In this document: positions 56,758 to 64,000 of the stretch, piece by piece | Layout: each line of letters starts with the position of its first letter | Numbering within the stretch: the first letter of the stretch is position 1 | NCBI GenBank assembly: GCA_004431415.1 | Contig: QPMI01000563.1 | Coordinates: 1-64,000 of the forward strand | DNA length: 64,000 nucleotides | Reading direction: 5' to 3' | DNA from: Cyanophora paradoxa CCMP329 | Lineage: Eukaryota > Plantae > Glaucophyta | Notes under the pieces: model-generated | Seen by the model: only the letters and a program-made list of their open reading frames with translations | What the model was told of the DNA's origin: nothing | Databases searched by the model: none | Program-made: the position numbers and the translations under genes

Positions 56758-58973
56758 CTACCGGTAGGGGCCCACGGAGGGCGGCGCGCTGGCCTGCAGG
56801 GACGGGGGAAGGGCGTACTGCGGGGGGTAGGATGGGGAGGGGGAGCGGGGGTACGCGGGCGGAAGGGAGGAGGAGAGAGGCTGGGCAGCGGTGGGGATCG
56901 GGGCCGGCGCGGCAGAGGGGGCGGCGCCGGGGGGCGGGGAGGGCACGGGAGGCCTGAACCAGTGCCGTCCGGTGCCTCGGAGACCCTCGGGGGGCGGGGC
57001 GGGAGGCGCGGAGAACTGGGACGGGCCGAGGCGCGCGGCCGCATAGTCGGCCGCGGAGCCGGCGGACGGCTGGCGCGGGTTGAAGGGGCACTCGGAGTTG
57101 ACGACCTGGGGCGGGGTCGGGGGCGGCGGGGGCGACGCGGAGGGGTGCGCGCACGTCGGGCCCGATCTTGGCGCCGCAGAAGCCGCAGGCGAGGCTCGAG
57201 ACGGGCAGGGCGGACTCCAGCCGCCCCAGGAGCTTCGCGAAGCGCCTGGAGGGGCGGCGAAGGGGGCGCGGGGGGTGAATCCTCGGCGGGGGACGAGGCG
57301 GGGGGGCGGGGCAGGGCGCACCCGTCCTGCTCGTCGATGTACTTGCGCAGCTGCTCGACCTCCGACGCGTGCGCGTCCTTCAGGTGCCGCAGCTCGTCCC
57401 TGCCCGGCCCCGCCTCGTCGGCCGGGCAGCGGCGGCGCAGCGGCGCGAGGCGCGCACGCGAGCGAGTCGATCATGGCGTCCTTGGCCGCGATGGGCCCCT
57501 CCAGGCCCTCCCCGCTGCGCGCCGGCGAGGTCAGAGCCGGCGGCCCGCGAGAGGGGGAGGGGGGAGACAGGGGGTACCGGGAAGCGAGCTCGTTGCGGCG
57601 GCGGTTCTCGCGGGGCAGGTCGTCGGGGACGACGTCGATGGCGGTGCGGTGCGGCTTCGCGGCCAGCCGCTCGCACGCCTCCACCAGCTCCCGGAACCTG
57701 CCGCGCCCCGCCTCGCTCGCCCCGCCCCGCTCGCCCCGCCCCGCTCGCGCGGAGCCGCGCGGGGGCGGCGCCGGCGCGCACCGGAGGAGGAGCTCGGCCT
57801 GGGCGCCGGCGCCCGAGGCCGGCTGGGAGATGCCGGGGAGGGGCGGCCCGGGAGAGCTCCCGTGGGCGTAGATGGGGAGGGCGCGGGTCCAGCCCGGGGC
57901 GCCCCCGCCCGACCAGCCGCCGCCGCCGCCGGCGGCGATGTGGCGCTCGATGGCGTCGATGGCGTCGCAGTCCATGCGGAGGACCTCGAGGTCCGCCTGG
58001 AGCCGCGCCGTCTTCGCCCCCGCCGCCGAGGCCAGCCGCCCCAGCATCCCCTCCACGTCGTACCGCGTCTCCCGCTCGATCGCCGCCTGCGCCTCCCGCA
58101 CCTGCCCGATCCGCTCCTCCAGCCGGTGCATCTGCCGCCGCCGCGCCTCGTCAGCCAGCCGCGCCGGCAGAGCTGCCGAGCAGCCCGGCGCGCCTGGAGG
58201 ATGAGGTCGTCCCGCTTCCGGCGGAGCCGCCCGTCCACGTGCGTCCTCAGGACGCCCACCTTGTGGTGGTACGCTTCGCTCAACCCCTGGACGAGGTGGC
58301 TCTGCGCGCGGGCGGCCGCCGTCGTTGGCGCCAGCGGCGGCGTGGGCGATCCAGGCGGCCGCACCTGCCCCGCGTGCGGACCGCGCACACGGCACTCGGA
58401 GCACACGACCGCCTCGCACGTGTCGCAGAAGAACCGGAGCGGCTGCCCGTGCTGCGGGCATCTCCTCCGGTGGACGGGGAGGTCGGTTGGCGGCACCCTG
58501 CGCGGATGAGGTGTGTTGGATTGTGCAATACGACAGGCTCGCGATCCGTGCGCACCGGTTGTGCAGCCGGAACCCTGCCGCTGCGTGGATCGCGTTGTTG
58601 CAGTTCAAGCACAGCAGCAGGTCGCAGTCCGTGCAAAGCGCGGACGAGTACGCCGTAATGCCGGCCCTCTGACAGCTCTCGCACGGATCTGAGAAGGGCG
58701 AGCGCTCAGCGTGGGCCAGGTCATGCGCGGCGGGCCGTCCGCCGCATCCGCACCCGACGAGACGGCGAAGTTGACCGCCGGGCCCGCGGGCACGGCGCTG
58801 GGGCCAGCAGCTGGTGCGGCTTCTGCTGCGGGGGCGGCCTCCGCATCCTTCGACTTGCTGCTCTTGCTGGAGCTCTTCTTCTCCTTGTCCTTGCTGCTCG
58901 ACTTCTCCTTGCTGCTAGACTTCTCCTTCTTCTCTTTGTCCTTGCTACTCGACTTCTTCTCCTTCTCCGGCAT
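56758..58973 (-). CDS. Double B-box zinc finger plus coiled-coil protein
   Basis: CESC...CTDCDLLLCLNCNNAIH...HNR and CPQHGQPLRFFCDTCEAVVCSECRVRGPH; long coiled coil; K/S-rich N-terminus and Pro-rich tail. Confidence 0.87.
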
Positions 58974-59134
58974 CGCCGCGTCGGCTAGCCTCCACTTTTC
59001 GAACGAGAGGGGGAGAAGCGCAGCGGGGTACAGTAGCCAAAGCAAGCTAAACTCGACCCAACAAAAACCAGCTTCCCTGCGGCCCAGCCAGCGCACCAGC
59101 TCACCAGCGCACCGGCAACGCACGTTTAGGCAGC

Positions 59135-60308
59135 ATGTCATCAACGAGGGGCACAACCCCGCCTGGCTGGCAATGCATTTGCAAAATCTGCACTTGCGGA
59201 AAGCATCGATGCCCCATGCACCCGGAAGCACGGAGCTACGATCCCGAACTACTCCGGTCTATGTATAGGCACGCAGAGCCCACACCGCCCGCCGCGCCTG
59301 GCTGCCTCACAGCTAACCCTGCTCCGTGCTCGCCCGCGCCTTTTCGTACCGCAGGAATGACTACCTGAAGCACCCGATAGGTACGTGGCCGCTTTGGCCT
59401 CGGCTGGCTTCCCTTCAGTCTGTGCTAGCCCGCCGACGCCGCCGGCGCGCAGCTTGCAAGGCAGAGAAGGTTCAGGATCAGTGGAAGCCGAGCCAGACGC
59501 GATTCGAGGGCGAGTCGACGCACCAGCATGACTTCCAGCCGTGGGCGGTCGAGCGGCAGGGGCCCAGCAGGAGAGACGGTGGCCAGCTGCCGGCCAACAG
59601 GCCCTTCGAGGTGCGGCCTGCCGCGCGCCTTGCTGCACGCCGTGCGGGGGCCGAGGCGGGGCGGGGCGGGGCAGGGGAAGTCGACGTACGGGAGCGACTT
59701 CACGAAGAAGGCGGTGCAGCCGCACCAGCTGAAGAAGGGGGGGGAGTACAAGCCGAGCAACGCGCCCTTCTACGGCGACACGACGCACAACAGCGACTTC
59801 AAGTGGTGGGAGACGGGCCCGCGCGCCACCGTCGAGCGCAAGGCCCAGCTCCTCCCCAAGGTCCCCTTCCAGGGCAACACCGTGCGCGCGCCCCCCGCCC
59901 CACCCCCTTTCTCCTCCCCTGCCTCGCCCCCGACGCTGTCCCCCCTGCAGACCTACCAGAACGACTTCACCGGCAAGCGCGTGCCCCCCGCGAAGCCCGT
60001 GCGCCACGAGCAGCCGTACCGCTCCGGCGCCCCGGGGTACTACGACACCGTGCGTTCCTGCCCTCTGCCCCCCCCCCTCGCCGGGCGCGCGGGGCCTGAG
60101 AGGGCTCGGGGGCAGACGTACGGCAACGACTTCGACGCGAAGCCGCTGGACACCTGCCCCGTGCCCGGTGCGCGACGGTCCCTCCCCTGGCGCCCTCTCC
60201 CCGGGCTCGGGCCCCTCACCGCCGCCCTCAGGCCTGCCACCCAAGCCGGCCTCCCCGAACGCCCACATCTACTACAGGAAGACGGGGCCCCGCAGCTACA
60301 TCCCCTAG
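59135..60308 (+). CDS. SAXO: SAXO/FAM154 (STOP-domain) axonemal microtubule stabiliser
   Basis: N-terminal CICKICTCGKHRCP plus repeated Mn motifs (FEGESTHQHDF, FEGKSTYGSDF, FYGDTTHNSDF, FQGNTTYQNDF, YYDTTYGNDF). Confidence 0.92.
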
Positions 60309-60918
60309 GCGTCGCCCCGCCCGCTCCCACGGCTCCTGTATGTATCAAGCCAGCGCTTTTTTCTGCAGCCGCATCGGACAGCGCCGAGGGTGCACCGATG
60401 GCGGGGCTTACTGCTGCTCGCTTCACAAGAGCGCATGCGCTGCACGTTGCCCTCGGATCCCCCCGAAAGCGCCCGGGTCGCGATCGTTTGCCAGCTCGAG
60501 CGCCAGTCGAGCCTCCAAATCTCGATCTAGATCTGTATTTACGCTCGCAAATTACCAAGTTATTAATATTGTTTTAAGAGATCATCGCGCGCATTCGAAG
60601 TCAGAAACATACATATCAGTATGTACACTTTTCCGAAAGTCCAGATGATATCGATCGATATCATGATAACCTAGGCCTAGCACACAACGAAGTGCCGCGG
60701 TGCGCATACGTAAAGAGAAACGACACAACACGGACATGTACATGTACAGATATATACAACAGCTAGCTATAGGCTGATACAACTTGGCAAAGTGTACAAC
60801 AGTCAATCGCCGGCGCGACATACATGTACACCGCCTGGCCGCCGGGCGCCGGCAGCTATAACAGACGGAAAAAGTACAATCATATGCATAATCGTGGCCG
60901 GCCGCGGAGCCTCGGAGC

Positions 60919-62249
60919 TCATGCTAGCACGGGGAGAGGAGCGACGAGCGGGGCGCGCTGAGGCGAGGCCGCGCGGCCATCCCGGGCTCCGAAGGCGCGC
61001 TGCAAGGCCAGCAGATCTGCGAGGAACGTGCGCGAGTCAGGAGACAGGGGACGTGCGGGGGTGCCTGCCAGCTTGCGACTGGCTCTCACCTCTCACGGCC
61101 TGCGGGCCCGCGCCGGTGTCGACGCGGAGCTCGCGCACGACGTCCCGGAGCCCTGCGCGGAAATCCATCAGAGGCGCAGGAGGGCGTCGACACGGGAGGG
61201 GCGGGCACCGGCGAGCCAGGAGAGGGCCTTCGGGGGCAGCCGGCAGTCTGACACGGCGAGGCTGGAGCGGCGCAGGGGCGGCTCAGGGCGAGTCGACACG
61301 GACCGGGGCCGCGCGCACGGGCAGAGGCCCGGGAGGGGCACGCGGGGCGGGCTGTCGGGGAGGGAGCAGGCGCGGAGCTCGAGGGCGGAGGGCCGGAGGG
61401 CGGCGGCCGCCTCCAGGCAGGCGGCGTCCCGAAGGTCGCCCCGCTCGAGCCGCAGCCGCCGGCAGCGGAAGCCGGCGGCGGCGAGCGCGGCGAGGCCCCG
61501 CCGGAGACCGCTCGCGTCGGCCCCGCGCGCGTCGAGGCAGAGCTCGGCGACGAAGAGGGGGGCTGGCCCAGGCCCGGCGCGGCCGTGGCGGGGCCGGCGC
61601 CAACCGCGAGGCGGACGGAGGCGCCGACATAGCGCAGCTCGCGCAGCCTCTCGGCGCCCGCGAGGGCGAGCGGCAGGCGGCCCAGGGCGCCGTCGGGGCG
61701 GCGCACGTTGAGCTCGCGGAGCCGCGGGTGCCGGCGCGCGGTGAGGAGCAGCTGCAGGCACGCGGCGGCCGCGGGGTCGAGCGGGTTGCCGAGCACGACG
61801 TCCAGCGCCACCAGCGCGGGCGGGAGCGCCGCGACGAGCTCGCAGAGGGCAGCCGCGCCTGTCCGCCCGCCGGCGCCCGCCGCGAAGCGGAGGCGCACGC
61901 TCCGGGCCGCCGATCGCGAAGCGGACCGCAGGAGCGCTGCCGCTTGCGACGGCGCAGAGGCATGCGCAGCTCCGATCCTGCGGCGCGGTCGGGGACGCCG
62001 GGGGACGGCGGGGGGCGGCAAGGAAGCGCTGGCGCGCGCGCACTGGAGGTCAAGCGCGTCGGCTGCGCCTGCGGCTGCGGCTGCGGCCGCGTGCCACGCG
62101 CGCGAGACGAGGGATGCGTAGGAGCGGCCCTCGAAGCTCAGGAAAGAGAGGATGTGGGCGACGACGTCCAGCGGCAGCTCACCGGCCGCATGCGCCGCCG
62201 CGCTCGACTCCGCCGCCGCCTCCAGGCAATGCTCGGGACTGCCCTCCAT
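60919..62249 (-). CDS. F-box protein with degenerate LRRs
   Basis: ELPLDVVAHILSFLSFEGRSYASLVSRAWH is an F-box; LVALDV, LRELNV, LRELRY and LELRAC are LRR-like units. Confidence 0.85.
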
Positions 62250-62879
62250 CTTGTGTGCGGAATGAGCTCTCGACCGCCGTCCGCTGCTTCTTCCGCGCTC
62301 CCGTTGCGGCTCTGCGGCGCGCGCGTGCGTCGCAGCTGCAGCTGGTGCTGAAGCTGCAGCTGTGAAAGCACGCAGGACCAGGACCCGTTTGCAGTCCTGG
62401 TAGATCTAGTTGAAATGTGCTCCATCATGGCAGCCGACACGGCCTGGCGGCCCAAGTTTAGCGGCGCAGGGGAATTCTCGTGACCGCCCCCTCCCCCCCC
62501 TCCTCCGCCACGCCCCCTCCCCCCCCTCCTCCGCCACGCCCCCCCCCCCCCCCCCCCCCAAGCCAGCCTCGGCCTGCTCGGCCTCGAGCAGCTTCAGCCA
62601 GCTGCAGTCTGCAGCTTCCTCAGCTGAGGTATTCTCTATCTAGATCGAACCCGCCACTCCGGAGGGATCGCGCGACCCTCCCGCCAGTTGATCATAAAGG
62701 TCCGTTGCAAGCGAACACGGCCGGCCCGTAGCCCGCAGCAGCGCCGCAGCAATAACGCTTCGTCGCGGGTGTTTCAGCCGTCGGGAACGCCCCGATATCG
62801 CTGCAGCTCTCTTTGACCTCGCCCGGCCACACCGACCGCGGGCGTTAACGTTAGCTGTCGCCGCGGCGCCAGGCGGAGG

Positions 62880-64000
62880 ATGGGCTGCGAGGAGTGCGGC
62901 GCGCGCGGCGCGTGCGGGGACCGCGAGTCCTGCGTCCGCACGCCGTGCCTGCAGCTGGAGCCGCTGGACCTGACGCTGGAGCCTGGACCTGACGCGGACA
63001 GGAAGGCCGCGCGCGAGCCGGAGCGGAAGCTGCGGCTGCTGGATTTCAAATCGCCCGGGACCCGCGTCTTCTATCTCGAAGCGCTCGTGCGCCATCGCAT
63101 TTCAAATTTGATCTCGCCCGGATTCAAATTCGCGCCCGAGCTCACGTGCGAATTCAATCAACAGGCCTTCTACGCGGCCTATTTCGCGTGGTTCTCGACG
63201 CCTCCACTGATCAGCGCCATCAAGGAGGATCTTCGTTCGTCCCCGCACCCGTACCCCCGTCTCCCACTCGAGCTTAGCGCACCCCGTCCCGGCAGACCTG
63301 TCCGAGCGCCAGATCCAGCTCAGCCACGCCGTCTGCATTGGCGGCGCCGCGTACGTTCTTAAACCTGTACCCCGGGCCCGCGACGTTGAATGTACCCCCG
63401 CCCAGCTTCGCGCGCCTCGCGATCGGCCAGACGTGCGATCGCTACGGGCCGCGCCTCTCCCACGGTGCCTTTGCGTGCGCATCGCACCCCCCCTGCCCGG
63501 CCGATGCGGCACCAGGCGTGCTGCTGGTCGCCTCCGTCCTCTGCTTCGTGCTGCTCGGCTGCTCCGCCTCCCCCGCCGCCTTCATCCTCGCCCGCCTCCT
63601 CCTCTCCGCCCTCGGGGTGCCCCTCGTCCCCCCCTCCCCCCGCCTCCCCCGCCTGATCATGATTCTCGTCTTTTAATTCACGTACCCTCGGCAGGCATCC
63701 CCCGTTGCGATCCGGGTGCACGGGACCGTCATGTTCGACGCGGCCATCCAGGGGTGCGCGAGCGCCGCTCGCTTCTCGACCTCGGCCCACTGTGCCCGTG
63801 CCCCGCAGCACGGTCTGCTGCTCCATGATCGGGTTCGGCGACGCCGGCGCCGGTGTCGCCCAGGTGCCCCCGCCCCTCCCCCCACACCCGGACCGCGACG
63901 TCGCCGTACGCCGCGCGATGCGGGCGGGGCGCAGCTGGCGATGCCGCTGGTGCGGCGGGCGTTCCTCTCGCTGGGCTCCCCCGAGGGCCTCGCCTGGCGC
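62880..64000 (+). CDS. Divergent NRT2/NNP-family MFS nitrate/nitrite transporter, 3' partial
   Basis: LLDFKSPGTRVFYL...FAWFSTPPLISAIKEDL, FARLAIGQTCDRYGPR, MFDAAIQG...IGFGDAGAGVAQ/LAMPLV...LAWR follow the NRT2 N-terminal half. Confidence 0.8.

Noticed and set aside
56734-58509. 591-aa plus-strand ORF and similar long Arg/Gly/Pro-rich ORFs (e.g. 60792-62351, 17785-19551, 49152-50534)
   Set aside because: Stop-poor shadow or off-frame readings of very GC-rich spliced genes; no domain signal
6753-64000. Nitrate-assimilation cluster (RWP-RK plus NRT2)
   Set aside because: The genes are ~54 kb apart with unrelated genes between them, and there is no nitrate or nitrite reductase in the window

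Overview
GC-rich, intron-dense eukaryotic nuclear DNA from a flagellated protist or alga. Introns are about 55-125 bp, often GC-AG, with CCCCG-rich bodies; this style resembles the glaucophyte Cyanophora, which is an inference only. Genes were reconstructed by manual splicing, so exon limits are approximate, and most long ORFs in the track are GC shadow frames. Content in order: a MITE-dense spacer (about 2.4-5.5 kb) upstream of an RWP-RK transcription factor; three related genes with helical/TPR-like C-termini, two of which form an inverted mosaic pair (10.6-14.6 kb and 28.1-31.6 kb); a 7.6-kb TGT...ACA DNA transposon with ~108-bp TIRs and a 5-bp TSD, carrying a truncated Ginger-type HHCC integrase plus a large convergent orphan gene; a possible GBP-like gene head-to-head with ubinuclein/HPC2; an ADCY10-like cyclase-STAND gene with atypical catalytic residues, followed by a receiver-domain/2H-phosphoesterase fusion; then a CCCH-methyltransferase, DUF2237, a B-box coiled-coil protein, SAXO/STOP, an F-box protein and a divergent NRT2 running off the window end. 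The best novelty candidates are the two-gene Ginger-like element, the mosaic TPR-like paralog cluster, and the cyclase plus REC-2H pair.
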